Under the pieces are notes generated by a model that was not told where the DNA came from, ran no database searches, and was given only the letters and a program-made list of their open reading frames with translations. From a phage: a stretch of DNA of 64,000 nt. Below are positions 45,423-55,117 of the stretch, piece by piece (position 1 is the first letter of the stretch; every line of letters starts with the position of its first letter). The translations under genes and the position numbers were made by a program. The stretch is taken from sequence record PZ386966.1; one strand, given 5' to 3'.

Positions 45423-46492
45423 TTAACCAGCACCCAATCTTTTTAGGTGGTGAGAGAAAAACTTTTGACTCACTTAATAAGCACTACCCAAAAATCTTTG
45501 AACTTTATAAACAACAAAAAGCACAAGATTGGTCAGAAGATGAGTTCCCTTTTGAACAATCACGTCTTGATTTTGAGAGTGTCCCAGCATCAATGTCAGG
45601 TGTAATGCTTGAGATTCTTAAGTGGCAATGGGAAGCAGATACTCAAGTTGCTAAGAGCTTGGCATTTGCCTTTGCACCCTTTATCTCTGATGACATTTAT
45701 GCAACTGCAATTATGAAGCAGTCTGAGATTGAAAACCTACATGCTCTTACTTACTCGGAGATTGTAAGACAATGTATTAAAAACCCTGAAACAATCTTAG
45801 ATGAGATTAACCAGAATGTTGCTGTGCAAGACCGATTAAAAACTGTGAATCGTGTTCTTGAAGAATTACTGGATGAAGGGATAAACTACCGACTGAGTTA
45901 TGTCCGTGATTCACTTCTGGACAAAGACCCTTTACACTTCCATAAAGTGATTCTGAAAGGTCTATTTGCAGTGACTGCACTGGAGGGTATATCTTTTATG
46001 GCATCCTTTGCATGTACTTTTGCACTTGATGCTCAAGATAAATTTCAGGGTATTGCTCAAGCTGTCCAGAAGATTATGCTTGATGAAATCCTTCACACTA
46101 AAATTGATATTGAAGTTTTAAAAGAAACTTTAAGAGATGATGCGTGGCAGAAAGCTTTTCAACAAATTCTTCCAGAGATTAAAGTAATCTTAGATGAAGT
46201 AGTTGAAAGTGAAGAGAAATGGTCGTATTATATCTTCTCCGAAGGACGTGCTGTAGTTGGCTTAAATACAAAGCTTCTTCATGAGTGGGTTTACTATAAT
46301 GCTGCCCCACTGTATGATATGTTTGGCATTCCCAGAGATTTTGTAGCTCCTAAAGAACCACCTTTGAAGTACATGATTAAGAAGATGGAAATTGATAAAG
46401 AGCAGAATGCTAATCAGGAGCAACAGAACGGTGCGTACCTATTGAATACTGTTGTAGATGATTTGAATAGTGGATTTTTAGAGGTTCCTTAA
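45419..46492 (+). CDS. nrdB: ribonucleotide reductase class I small subunit
   Basis: Ferritin-like di-iron protein; start set at internal Met 'MINQHPIF' (ATGA overlap with upstream stop) rather than the track's 45359. Confidence 0.6.
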   Translation: MINQHPIFLGGERKTFDSLNKHYPKIFELYKQQKAQDWSEDEFPFEQSRLDFESVPASMSGVMLEILKWQWEADTQVAKSLAFAFAPFISDDIYATAIMKQSEIENLHALTYSEIVRQCIKNPETILDEINQNVAVQDRLKTVNRVLEELLDEGINYRLSYVRDSLLDKDPLHFHKVILKGLFAVTALEGISFMASFACTFALDAQDKFQGIAQAVQKIMLDEILHTKIDIEVLKETLRDDAWQKAFQQILPEIKVILDEVVESEEKWSYYIFSEGRAVVGLNTKLLHEWVYYNAAPLYDMFGIPRDFVAPKEPPLKYMIKKMEIDKEQNANQEQQNGAYLLNTVVDDLNSGFLEVP

Positions 46493-46734
46493 TGACTTAT
46501 GTAATTTACTCCAAAACTGGATGCCCTCAGTGTGAGACTGCAAAGAATTTCGCAAAAGTTCGTGGTATTGACCATGTTGTGAGAATGTTAGGGCAGGACT
46601 ATGAACTATCAGACCTGATGGATATTGCACAGATGCCAGTTCGTCAGATGCCATTCATCATGAAAACCGATGGACAAAACCTAAAACCTGTTGGGACGCT
46701 ACAGAATTTTATGGCAGAGGTGAATAATGCTTAA
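46492..46734 (+). CDS. glutaredoxin/NrdH-like redoxin
   Basis: 'CPQC' active site in an ~80 aa protein directly after nrdB. Confidence 0.55.
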   Translation: MTYVIYSKTGCPQCETAKNFAKVRGIDHVVRMLGQDYELSDLMDIAQMPVRQMPFIMKTDGQNLKPVGTLQNFMAEVNNA

Positions 46735-46933
46735 ACGCATTTGGGAAGGTTTGGTTGTTGATGCACCAGCTATTGTGATTGGTATGCTTATTGTTAACCT
46801 ATTTACTGACTTTGAACAAGGTTCATTGTTTGGAGCCATGTTACTATGGGTTATCTTCGAAATATTAGAGATACAGTTAGGTATCACTGAAAAACTAAGA
46901 GAACTCTTTGCGAAGTTTTCTAAAAAGATTTAA
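46727..46933 (+). CDS. small membrane protein
   Basis: 68 aa, two hydrophobic segments. Confidence 0.3.
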   Translation: MLKRIWEGLVVDAPAIVIGMLIVNLFTDFEQGSLFGAMLLWVIFEILEIQLGITEKLRELFAKFSKKI

Positions 46934-46940
46934 AATGAAA

Positions 46941-46962
46941 GGGTCTCTTCGGAGACCTTTTT
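46941..46962 (+). terminator. rho-independent terminator (UUCG tetraloop)
   Basis: 'ggtctc ttcg gagacc' plus 'ttttt'. Confidence 0.55.
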
Positions 46963-46981
46963 AGCATGTAAAGGGGAAATA

Positions 46982-49126
46982 ATGAACAAAGTACAGATTA
47001 TTAAAAAGAATGGCTCACTCGAAGAACCTGATATCAAAAAAGTTTTAGCAGCAGTCACAAAGTCAGCTAATAGGATTGGGTATAAAGAACTCCCACCAGA
47101 TGTTACTCAAGCTCTTGAGTCAGCATTTATGAGGATTCTGGTAAAGTCCACTAAGCAGAATAATTTGCTAATTTCTGTAAACGATATTCACAGTATTGTT
47201 GAGGGTGCTTTGGCAGAAGTCAATCACGAAATTTATGAGTCTTACTCAACATACAGAAATTACCGTAAAGAAGTTGCTCAAAATTGGGATGAACTCTACC
47301 AGAAGACCAGAGATACACTCTTCTTAGGTGACAGAGAGAATGCTAACTTTGACAGCAGTTTAATTTCTACAAAAGGTTCAATTATTCGTGGTTACCTGAC
47401 TAAAGAAATCTTTAAACAGTACCATTTAACACCAGAGGAACTTGAAGCCATTGAAAAAGGGTTTATCTATATCCATGATTTAAGAGACCTAATTTTTGGT
47501 GGTATCAACTGTTGCCTGTTTGACATTGGTAAAGTACTGAAAGGTGGCTTTGAAATGTCTGGCATTGAATATTGTGAACCAAAGTCTGTGCTATCAGCCT
47601 TACAGGTTATTGGTGATGTAGTTCTTTCAGCAACTGCACAGCAATTTGGTGGCTTTACTTTAGCAGAGATTGATAAGGTACTTGTACCGTATGCTAAGAA
47701 GTCTCTACGCTATCATGCTGAGAAAGCAGCATCTTATGGTATTCCTAAAGAACATTACCACAATTATGTCATGGAGCAGCTACAGATTGAACTGACTCAA
47801 GGTTTCCAGTCACTTGAAATGAAACTAAACACTGTACCTTGTAGCCGTGGGGATTTTGCATTCACAACTTTGACATTCGGGTTACTTGACTCAGATATGT
47901 CCAATGAAGATAACCGACTACAATACATGATTGCAAGTACTCTCCTAGATGTTCGTATGAATGGACAAGGTAAGAGTAAGAAACCTGTTGTATTCCCTAA
48001 ACTGGTTTATATTTATGACCAGAAGAGACATAATGAGAATATCTGTCAAGGACACCTGTACAGTAAAGCCATTGAGTGTTGCTCTAAAGCAATGTATCCA
48101 GATTTCTTAAGTGTATCTGGTCATGGTGCTGTAGCAGAGGCTTTTGAGCGTTCTGGTAAGGTTATTTCACCGATGGGTTGTAGAGCCTTCTTATCTCCAT
48201 ATTTTAACGAGAGTGGAGAAGAGTTCTATGTTGGTCGTGCTAATATTGGTGCTGTATCTTTGAACTTACCAATGATTTATCAGCACGCCAAAGAGAATGG
48301 ATTAGATTTCTGGAAAGAGCTTGATAAGTACCTAGAAATGATTCGCAGCTTCCACAAGAAACGTTACGAAATGATTGCTAATATACCAGCAAGTTCTAAC
48401 CCTCTTGCATTCACACAAGGTGGTCTGTACAAAGGGAATAAGAAACCTACTGACAGGGTTGGTTGGGATATCGTGAAGTCCTTCACAGCTTCTTTTGGGG
48501 TTACTGCGCTTGATGAGCTATCTGTTCTTGCTGAAGGTAAACGACTTCATGAAGTTGGAAGCTGTAGTTTTGCATACGATGTTCTGGAATACATCAACAT
48601 GAAAACTGAAGAGTTTAAAAATGAAGACGGCTTCTTATATGCAGTCTATGGTACTCCAGCAGAATCACTTTGTGGAACTCAGCTAAAACAGTTCAGAGAT
48701 ATGTTTGGCGTTATCAAAGGTGTTTCTGATAAGGAATACTTTACAAACAGCTTCCATATGAATGTTGCAGCAGACATCTCACCATTTGAGAAGCAAGACT
48801 TAGAAGAACCATTCTTCCATATCTGTAGAGGTGGTAGAATCCAGTATGTAAGAGTAGCTAACCCAGAAAACTTATCAGCACTTAAAAGTTGTATTACGAG
48901 AGGTATGTTGAAAGGTTTCTATCAGGGACTTAACTTTGACTTAGCAATCTGTGAACATTGTGGTAACAGACCAAAGGCTGATGTTGAAGAATGTGAGGTT
49001 TGCCATTCACACGACATCTCTGTGATTAACAGGGTGTGCGGATATCTTGGGTGGACTAAGATTAAAGGTGAATCCCGAATGAATGATGCAAAAATCGCTG
49101 AGATTCGTGACAGAGTTTCTATGTAA
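46982..49126 (+). CDS. nrdD: anaerobic ribonucleoside-triphosphate reductase (class III)
   Basis: C-terminal glycyl-radical motif 'RVCGYLG' and zinc ribbon 'CEHCGNRPKADVEECEVCHS'. Confidence 0.8.
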   Translation: MNKVQIIKKNGSLEEPDIKKVLAAVTKSANRIGYKELPPDVTQALESAFMRILVKSTKQNNLLISVNDIHSIVEGALAEVNHEIYESYSTYRNYRKEVAQNWDELYQKTRDTLFLGDRENANFDSSLISTKGSIIRGYLTKEIFKQYHLTPEELEAIEKGFIYIHDLRDLIFGGINCCLFDIGKVLKGGFEMSGIEYCEPKSVLSALQVIGDVVLSATAQQFGGFTLAEIDKVLVPYAKKSLRYHAEKAASYGIPKEHYHNYVMEQLQIELTQGFQSLEMKLNTVPCSRGDFAFTTLTFGLLDSDMSNEDNRLQYMIASTLLDVRMNGQGKSKKPVVFPKLVYIYDQKRHNENICQGHLYSKAIECCSKAMYPDFLSVSGHGAVAEAFERSGKVISPMGCRAFLSPYFNESGEEFYVGRANIGAVSLNLPMIYQHAKENGLDFWKELDKYLEMIRSFHKKRYEMIANIPASSNPLAFTQGGLYKGNKKPTDRVGWDIVKSFTASFGVTALDELSVLAEGKRLHEVGSCSFAYDVLEYINMKTEEFKNEDGFLYAVYGTPAESLCGTQLKQFRDMFGVIKGVSDKEYFTNSFHMNVAADISPFEKQDLEEPFFHICRGGRIQYVRVANPENLSALKSCITRGMLKGFYQGLNFDLAICEHCGNRPKADVEECEVCHSHDISVINRVCGYLGWTKIKGESRMNDAKIAEIRDRVSM

Positions 49127-49136
49127 AACTTGACAT

Positions 49137-49175
49137 GGTGGTGTGAGTCTTGATAGGCTTACACCACCTTTTTTA
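49137..49175 (+). terminator. rho-independent terminator
   Basis: 'ggtggtgtgag...cttacaccacc' plus 'tttttt'. Confidence 0.55.
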
Positions 49176-49280
49176 TTGGATGTTAGATATGGCAGAGAAC
49201 ATCATTGGCCTATTCATAGGCTCTGTCTTACTAGGGTTCTTTTTAGGACTCTCTTATTGTGAATTAAGAGGCAAGCTAAA

Positions 49281-49481
49281 ATGTTTAAAATATCAAAAAC
49301 GTTGATATACATACTACACATAGTAATCTTCTTCTTTGGTGTTAGTGTTATGGTGTGGGGTTTCTCAGACCCACAATGGAGTTTCTCATATCATGGTCAG
49401 ATGGATTTATGGTCATGCTTCAAACCATTTTTAGGGTTAGCTATAGCATTCAGTGCATTACCAACTAAGGTGAAATTATGA
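49281..49481 (+). CDS. small membrane protein
   Basis: 66 aa, hydrophobic helices. Confidence 0.3.
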   Translation: MFKISKTLIYILHIVIFFFGVSVMVWGFSDPQWSFSYHGQMDLWSCFKPFLGLAIAFSALPTKVKL

Positions 49482-49873
49482 TTAAGTTGAGCCAAAAACA
49501 GTTAGAGTGGATTAAAGATTATGCCTCAGAGTGTGGCTCTTGCAAAAAGAATCACGTAAGATACTCAACATTCCACACGGTCTTCACATTGTATATTGGT
49601 GACAATGTTCTAAGTGATTCTGTAGAAGATAGTGTAGCATTACCTAATGAATTACTTGATAAACTAGCTGTAGTCACTGGAACTTGGTCTGAAGAAGACG
49701 GTCATGAATTATCTGACGATGTTGTCTTCTACACCCTTGAAAACATCATGAATCCAGAGTACATTATGCTAATGACTTGCGCACAAGATTGTGTACCATT
49801 ACAAAACTTTATTAAAGAGCACTGTGAAGAGTTTATTACTAAACAGGTTCCTTGTCAGGTGGTGTTTGAATGA
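49478..49873 (+). CDS. hypothetical protein
   Basis: 131 aa; Cys-containing. Confidence 0.3.
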   Translation: MIKLSQKQLEWIKDYASECGSCKKNHVRYSTFHTVFTLYIGDNVLSDSVEDSVALPNELLDKLAVVTGTWSEEDGHELSDDVVFYTLENIMNPEYIMLMTCAQDCVPLQNFIKEHCEEFITKQVPCQVVFE

Positions 49874-50169
49874 GTAAAACAATTCGAAGAAAAGGTTTAA
49901 AGAACGTTCATGGACTTTATGAGTGGAGAAATGAGGTACGGAACAGAGAAAACGCTTCAGATGTCTACTTCCATTCTGATATGATGTCCAGAAAAGGTGG
50001 CTCTTATGACTTTACAAGTCAGCCTTGTAGAGAGATTAAGCAGGCTACTAAACGTCTTACAAGAACACAAATCAGTCAGCTTTCTAAGACATCCTTCTTA
50101 GATGAAGATTTTGACATTGACAGCAAGTCTCCAAAGAAAGCTGCTCAGAGCACTTATATGTATTGGTGA
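49870..50169 (+). CDS. hypothetical protein
   Basis: 99 aa. Confidence 0.3.
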   Translation: MSKTIRRKGLKNVHGLYEWRNEVRNRENASDVYFHSDMMSRKGGSYDFTSQPCREIKQATKRLTRTQISQLSKTSFLDEDFDIDSKSPKKAAQSTYMYW

Positions 50170-50178
50170 GGTAACTAG

Positions 50179-50664
50179 ATGAATTACATGGAGATTCGAC
50201 CTTTTGATACAGCTAATGGTGAAGGGGTTCGTGTAAGCCTCTTCGTAGCTGGCTGTAAACATCACTGTGAAGGCTGCTTTAACAGGGAGTCTTGGAAGTT
50301 TAATGCTGGTAAAGTGTTCACTTACGCAAACCTCTACGGCATCATTAGGTTAATGGATGATGAGGCCATCAGTGGGTTGTCAATACTTGGTGGGGAGCCT
50401 CTGGATGATAGAAATATTCAAGAGGTGACCGACATATGCAAACGTATTAAAACCATTTACCCAGAAAAATCTATCTGGCTCTGGACAGGTTTTCAGTTAC
50501 ACGAAAAAATTCACCTAGATGTGATGAAATATGTTGACGTGGTGATTGATGGTAAGTATGATTCATCTAAACCAACAGTTAAACCATATCGTGGTTCTGA
50601 TAACCAAAACCTCTGGAGAAAAGAGTATGGGTGGCAAGGCGATTGTCAATGGCGAGCAGAATGA
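50179..50664 (+). CDS. nrdG: anaerobic RNR activating protein (radical SAM)
   Basis: 'CKHHCEGCFN' CxxxCxxC radical-SAM cluster motif near N-terminus; 161 aa. Confidence 0.75.
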   Translation: MNYMEIRPFDTANGEGVRVSLFVAGCKHHCEGCFNRESWKFNAGKVFTYANLYGIIRLMDDEAISGLSILGGEPLDDRNIQEVTDICKRIKTIYPEKSIWLWTGFQLHEKIHLDVMKYVDVVIDGKYDSSKPTVKPYRGSDNQNLWRKEYGWQGDCQWRAE

Positions 50665-50902
50665 TTATTCTGGTAAGTGGACTTACGACATCAACAAGTT
50701 AGATGCTTGGATGATTTATACGAGAGAAAAATTTGGTTCACGTTCATTATGTGCTCTTGCAACGATTGTAAAGAATGTCACGTTTGTCATTCATGAATCA
50801 GATAAGTTTGGAGACTTCTACAGGGTTCAAAATATCAGAGAAGGTATCACCCCAATAGGTATCACTGAAGAAGAACTTCATAAGTTCTGTATTAAACTTT
50901 AA
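50627..50902 (+). CDS. hypothetical protein
   Basis: Track ORF 50546-50902 trimmed to internal Met 'MGGKAIV' to limit overlap with nrdG. Confidence 0.3.
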   Translation: MGGKAIVNGEQNDYSGKWTYDINKLDAWMIYTREKFGSRSLCALATIVKNVTFVIHESDKFGDFYRVQNIREGITPIGITEEELHKFCIKL

Positions 50903-50917
50903 TGAGAGAGGCTAAAA

Positions 50918-51184
50918 ATGGGAATTTTAGGTAATATGAAAGCTGGCTTCTTGAAGGCACTGACAAAAGCAGTAGCAATTGTTTCTATGACTGGAAAGCA
51001 AGTTGGTGTAGATGCTTCAGCAGTTGCACAGGTTCTTGCAAGCCAAATAGAACAGCAGCCTTACATCCACGTTGGACGTGGTAAAGGTGGTAAGAAGCAG
51101 GCTCATCGTAAATCTGGTGCAGCAGCAATTAAACGTGCAGCTAAGAAAGCTCGTAACCGTAAACGTAACAAGAAGGCTAAATAA
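50918..51184 (+). CDS. small protein with highly basic C-terminal tail
   Basis: C-terminus 'HRKSGAAAIKRAAKKARNRKRNKKAK'. Confidence 0.35.
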   Translation: MGILGNMKAGFLKALTKAVAIVSMTGKQVGVDASAVAQVLASQIEQQPYIHVGRGKGGKKQAHRKSGAAAIKRAAKKARNRKRNKKAK

Positions 51185-51186
51185 TC

Positions 51187-51507
51187 ATGAGCAAAGTTTA
51201 TAACACTCGTAAATTGCAGATTTTCGTACTGTGCCAGTTTATGGCTAAAGAGTATAACTACTACTACTGTGGTACAGGGTTCATTAGTGACGATGATGGC
51301 TCATATCTACCATTCAAAGAAGCTGTAAAACTCTTCAATGAAGAGGAAAGCTCTAAGAAAGATATCGAAAAGGTCAAGCTAACCTATAGCAAGAAAGATA
51401 AGAAGATTATCTGCCTAGATAACTTTGTAAAAGTTACTGGAGAAGCAAAAGAGTTTATGGATGAGAGTGAGATTTCATTCACAAGCATCTTGAAAGTAGC
51501 TCAGTAA
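51187..51507 (+). CDS. hypothetical protein
   Basis: 106 aa. Confidence 0.3.
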   Translation: MSKVYNTRKLQIFVLCQFMAKEYNYYYCGTGFISDDDGSYLPFKEAVKLFNEEESSKKDIEKVKLTYSKKDKKIICLDNFVKVTGEAKEFMDESEISFTSILKVAQ

Positions 51508-51520
51508 ACAGATACTATAA

Positions 51521-51548
51521 GGGAACTGTAAAGGTTCCCTTTTTATTT
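51521..51548 (+). terminator. rho-independent terminator
   Basis: 'gggaac tgtaaag gttccc' plus 'tttttatttt'. Confidence 0.55.
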
Positions 51549-51558
51549 TGGAGATGAT

Positions 51559-52074
51559 ATGTATCTGTCAAATCTAAAACGTTCTGCTGCAATGACAGTA
51601 TTAAGACTCAGCTTTGAGGAACGTCAAGAGTTCATTGACTCCCACCAATACGACCCTTCTAACTCCAATCACATGATTCTATGGAATCGTGACAGCACTC
51701 GTGAGAGAGCACTATTCCGCTACTACCCACATTACACCATAGATAACCTGTATGAATGTTTTGTTGTGAAGAACACCATTACAGTACTCAATAAACTTTG
51801 CAGATACACAGGTAGTCAATCCTTCACATTAGGACACCACAAACCTGTTACAAAGGGTGGTGAGCATCACTGTGCAAACTGGTTTATCCAGACTAAACTT
51901 GATAACCAGAAGCAAGGAGATAACCTTCTAAGCACACCTAAGATGACCTATGAAGAGCAAGAGAAATATATCAAAAATAATATGCCAGATGTGCTTGACA
52001 ACAACTATACAGATTTGGCAATATCTCTCCTGTTGAAGTTCGAGACAGTTTATAGGGCAACTTATAATGGCTAA
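51559..52074 (+). CDS. HNH-like nuclease (putative)
   Basis: 'LGHHKPVTKGGEHHCANWFIQTKLDNQKQGDN' resembles an HNH core (HH...GG...N...N..K). Confidence 0.3.
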   Translation: MYLSNLKRSAAMTVLRLSFEERQEFIDSHQYDPSNSNHMILWNRDSTRERALFRYYPHYTIDNLYECFVVKNTITVLNKLCRYTGSQSFTLGHHKPVTKGGEHHCANWFIQTKLDNQKQGDNLLSTPKMTYEEQEKYIKNNMPDVLDNNYTDLAISLLLKFETVYRATYNG

Positions 52075-52345
52075 AGAAAAGTGGGAAATTTTACCATTAG
52101 TCAGTGAAGGTGGTAATGGTTGTGAAATGTATATGATACGGGGTCATGTTCCAGAACCAATTGCACTTGAGATGGTAAACAACTTTACAGATGGTTCATA
52201 CAAAGATTTAGGGGAACCAACTGTCAAGCAACAATGGGTTAAACCTGTACCAGACAGCACAGGTAACTGTAGTGTACTTTACCACGTTGTAGACCCTGTA
52301 AAATGCAAATCTGCAATGGCAGTAACAAACGTAACTTTTGATTGA
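52067..52345 (+). CDS. hypothetical protein
   Basis: 92 aa. Confidence 0.3.
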   Translation: MAKEKWEILPLVSEGGNGCEMYMIRGHVPEPIALEMVNNFTDGSYKDLGEPTVKQQWVKPVPDSTGNCSVLYHVVDPVKCKSAMAVTNVTFD

Positions 52346-53238
52346 GAGAGAAAACTATGAAAACTGTTATTGAAGCCGTCGTCACAGCACAAGAGAAATT
52401 CTTCCACACAGAAAAATTTAATATCATTCAATTCCCATCTGGAGAAATTGGTGGAAACTTCTCTGAAGATTTTGTTAAGTTTACTGAACGTAATGCTGGT
52501 AAGATTGACAATGTTATACTCACTGTGCAGGGGTATGACAAAGATACACTGTTTGCATTAGCTTTGGCTAAGGATGCCGTTGACAGTCTTGTTCCCCAGA
52601 AATCAGCGATGAAAACCGTTGTTTTCGGATACTTACCAAATGCTCGATATGACCGTCATATGTTCAAAGGTGATTCAGCAGCACTGAAAGTTTTTGCCAA
52701 CCTCGTTAATGCAATGGGTTTTGATGCAGTATGTGCTCTTGACCCTCACAGTAATGTTGCAGAAAACTTATTTAAGTGCTTTCAGAGCATGAAGCAAAAA
52801 GATGTTGCAGCACACTTTGCAAGTGACCCACGCATTGATTTCTTGGTAGCACCAGATGCAGGTGCAGCTAAGAAGACTGAAGATGCCGCTAAAGAGGTAG
52901 ATAAACCCTATATCACAATGTCTAAGGTTCGCAATCTTAAGACTGGAGAAATCACTGGTATGCGAGTCCTTGACGATGTTGATTTGACCGATAAAACTGT
53001 CATGATTCTTGATGATATCTGTGATGGTGGTCGAACCTTCGTGGAGGCAGCTAAACACCTACGTGAAGCAGGTGCAAAACGTGTGGAACTCTATGTAACT
53101 CATGGTATTTTCTCTAAAGGTGTTGAAAGCTTACTTGACAACGGTATTGACCATATCTACACTACAAACTCTTTAGGTGAAGCTAAAGACCGTGGCTTAA
53201 CACATTATGGCCAAGTTACTGTAGCAACCATTGATTAA
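52342..53238 (+). CDS. ribose-phosphate pyrophosphokinase (Prs)-like protein; candidate Adps of NARP1
   Basis: Phosphoribosyltransferase-type binding loop 'VMILDDICDGGRTF' and Prs-like C-terminal domain; 298 aa; directly upstream of the NAMPT-like gene. Confidence 0.6.
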   Translation: MREKTMKTVIEAVVTAQEKFFHTEKFNIIQFPSGEIGGNFSEDFVKFTERNAGKIDNVILTVQGYDKDTLFALALAKDAVDSLVPQKSAMKTVVFGYLPNARYDRHMFKGDSAALKVFANLVNAMGFDAVCALDPHSNVAENLFKCFQSMKQKDVAAHFASDPRIDFLVAPDAGAAKKTEDAAKEVDKPYITMSKVRNLKTGEITGMRVLDDVDLTDKTVMILDDICDGGRTFVEAAKHLREAGAKRVELYVTHGIFSKGVESLLDNGIDHIYTTNSLGEAKDRGLTHYGQVTVATID

Positions 53239-53246
53239 AACTTATA

Positions 53247-53267
53247 GGGGCTTAAAAGCCCCATTTT
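53247..53267 (+). terminator. weak terminator/attenuator hairpin
   Basis: 'ggggcttaaaagcccc' then 'atttt'. Confidence 0.35.
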
Positions 53268-53282
53268 GAGAGAGATTAAAAG

Positions 53283-55064
53283 ATGACTAAATCACTTTAT
53301 GCAGTACCAGCAGGTCTTAATGCAGATGCTTACAAGGCATCACATATATATCAGTATCCAGATGCTACGCAATATCTTATGTTGAACCTGACACCACGTA
53401 GTGACAAATGGTTTAACAGCCCCTTAGCAATTGATGGTGTGGTGGCTTTTGGTATTCAACGTTTTGTTAAAGATTACTTGATAGACCACTGGAACGCAAC
53501 TTTCTTTGAGCGTGATAAAAAAGAAGCAGTTGACGAAATCTTAGAAGTCATGAATGGTGTTCTGGGTAAAGATGCTATCGGTCGAGAGCATTGGGAAGCA
53601 CTTCACGACTTAGGTTATCTACCAGTTGAAGTATACGCTGTAGAAGAAGGCACAGTTGTCCCTATGCGTGTTCCGATGATTGTTTTCCAGAACACTGTTT
53701 CAGGTTTCCATTGGGTAGCAGGTTATCTGGAAGATGCTTTCTCTGCTGAGATTTGGAAGGCTTGTACCATTGCAACTATTGCATTGCACTACAAACGTAT
53801 CTGTAAGAAGTGGGCTGACCTTACTTGTGACAACGACTTGCATTTACCTTATCAGTGCCATGACTTTGCTATGCGTGGTATGTCCGGCTTTACTGATGAC
53901 GCATTTAACGCTGTAGGCCACTTAACCAGCTTTAAAGGAACTGATAGCTTTCCTGCTGTGTATACGGCTAAACGAATCTATGGACAGTCCTACCCAATCT
54001 CTGATATTGGTAGTTCTGTACCAGCCACTGAGCACTCTGTAATGTGTGCAAACATTGCTTGGGAAGGTGGTAATGAATTGATTGAAGAAGAAAGACGCTT
54101 CAAAGGTGAGTTGCAAACCTTCCGTCGCTTCTTAACAGAGACTTACCCGACTGGTATTGCAAGTATTGTTTCAGATACTTATAACTTCTGGAGAACTGTG
54201 TCAGAAATCTTACCAGCACTTCGTAAAGAAATTATGGAACGTGATGGTAAACTGGTAATTCGTCCTGACTCTGGAGACCCTGTACACATTGTCACAGGTT
54301 ATAAAGCAATCCACTTAGAGTGTGCTAAAAAGGCTTATTATGAGCACCTAAGCAAGCTGGAAGCCAGCGACACAATGTTGAATGCTGTTCTGAACATGAA
54401 GCTTGAAAACATCAACTATGGTATTGCTGGATGGCTACTGTCAGAAGGCTACGAAATGGTTGTTGACAGAGAAGACTTTGAAGCTGCTGATACGGTGATG
54501 TTGAAAGATGCTTATATGGTTGGTTCTGCAAACGTTGTAACACGCCCTGTAGCGGAGATTGATGGAGCTATTAAGACACTGTACAACATCTTTGGGGGAA
54601 CTATTAACTCTAAAGGGTTTAAGGTACTGGATGAGCATATCGGTCTTATCTATGGCGACTCTATCACGCTGGAACGTGCAAACGAAATCCTGAAGCGTCT
54701 GTATGAAATGGGTTTTGCAAGCTCTAACGTAGTGTTTGGTGTAGGCTCTTACACTTACCAGTACATGACTCGTGACACCTTTGCATTTGCTGTCAAAGCA
54801 ACTCTTGCAAGCATTGGTGGTAAAGAGATTATGCTTGCAAAAGACCCTAAAACAGATAGTGGTGTTAAGAAATCTGCTTTTGGTGGTGTAGCACCTATGT
54901 GGGACGGTGATAAGCTGAAAGCTGTAGATGGCTATGGGTTCCAGAGTTTTGCAGATGTACTTGACCACCCAGCTTGTGCCTTACGTTTAGTCTTTAGTGA
55001 CTCTGAGCAGTTCGGTTACACAACTCTTGGTGATATTCGAAATAATATTGACAAGCAGCTTTAA
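53283..55064 (+). CDS. nicotinamide phosphoribosyltransferase (NAMPT/NadV)-like protein; candidate Namat of NARP1
   Basis: N-terminal 'NADAYKASHIYQYPDAT' matches the NAMPT 'DSYKVTHYKQYP' signature; 593 aa. Confidence 0.7.
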   Translation: MTKSLYAVPAGLNADAYKASHIYQYPDATQYLMLNLTPRSDKWFNSPLAIDGVVAFGIQRFVKDYLIDHWNATFFERDKKEAVDEILEVMNGVLGKDAIGREHWEALHDLGYLPVEVYAVEEGTVVPMRVPMIVFQNTVSGFHWVAGYLEDAFSAEIWKACTIATIALHYKRICKKWADLTCDNDLHLPYQCHDFAMRGMSGFTDDAFNAVGHLTSFKGTDSFPAVYTAKRIYGQSYPISDIGSSVPATEHSVMCANIAWEGGNELIEEERRFKGELQTFRRFLTETYPTGIASIVSDTYNFWRTVSEILPALRKEIMERDGKLVIRPDSGDPVHIVTGYKAIHLECAKKAYYEHLSKLEASDTMLNAVLNMKLENINYGIAGWLLSEGYEMVVDREDFEAADTVMLKDAYMVGSANVVTRPVAEIDGAIKTLYNIFGGTINSKGFKVLDEHIGLIYGDSITLERANEILKRLYEMGFASSNVVFGVGSYTYQYMTRDTFAFAVKATLASIGGKEIMLAKDPKTDSGVKKSAFGGVAPMWDGDKLKAVDGYGFQSFADVLDHPACALRLVFSDSEQFGYTTLGDIRNNIDKQL

Positions 55065-55077
55065 AAGTATATGATAA

Positions 55078-55101
55078 GAGGCTCCTACGGGAGCCTTTTT
55101 A
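55078..55101 (+). terminator. rho-independent terminator
   Basis: 'ggctcc tacg ggagcc' plus 'ttttt'. Confidence 0.6.
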
Positions 55102-55117
55102 ATTTCTGGAGAATGCT

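Noticed and set aside
54441-54968. 175 aa minus-strand ORF inside the NAMPT-like gene
   Set aside because: Antisense to a gene with a strong family signature; no promoter or RBS context.
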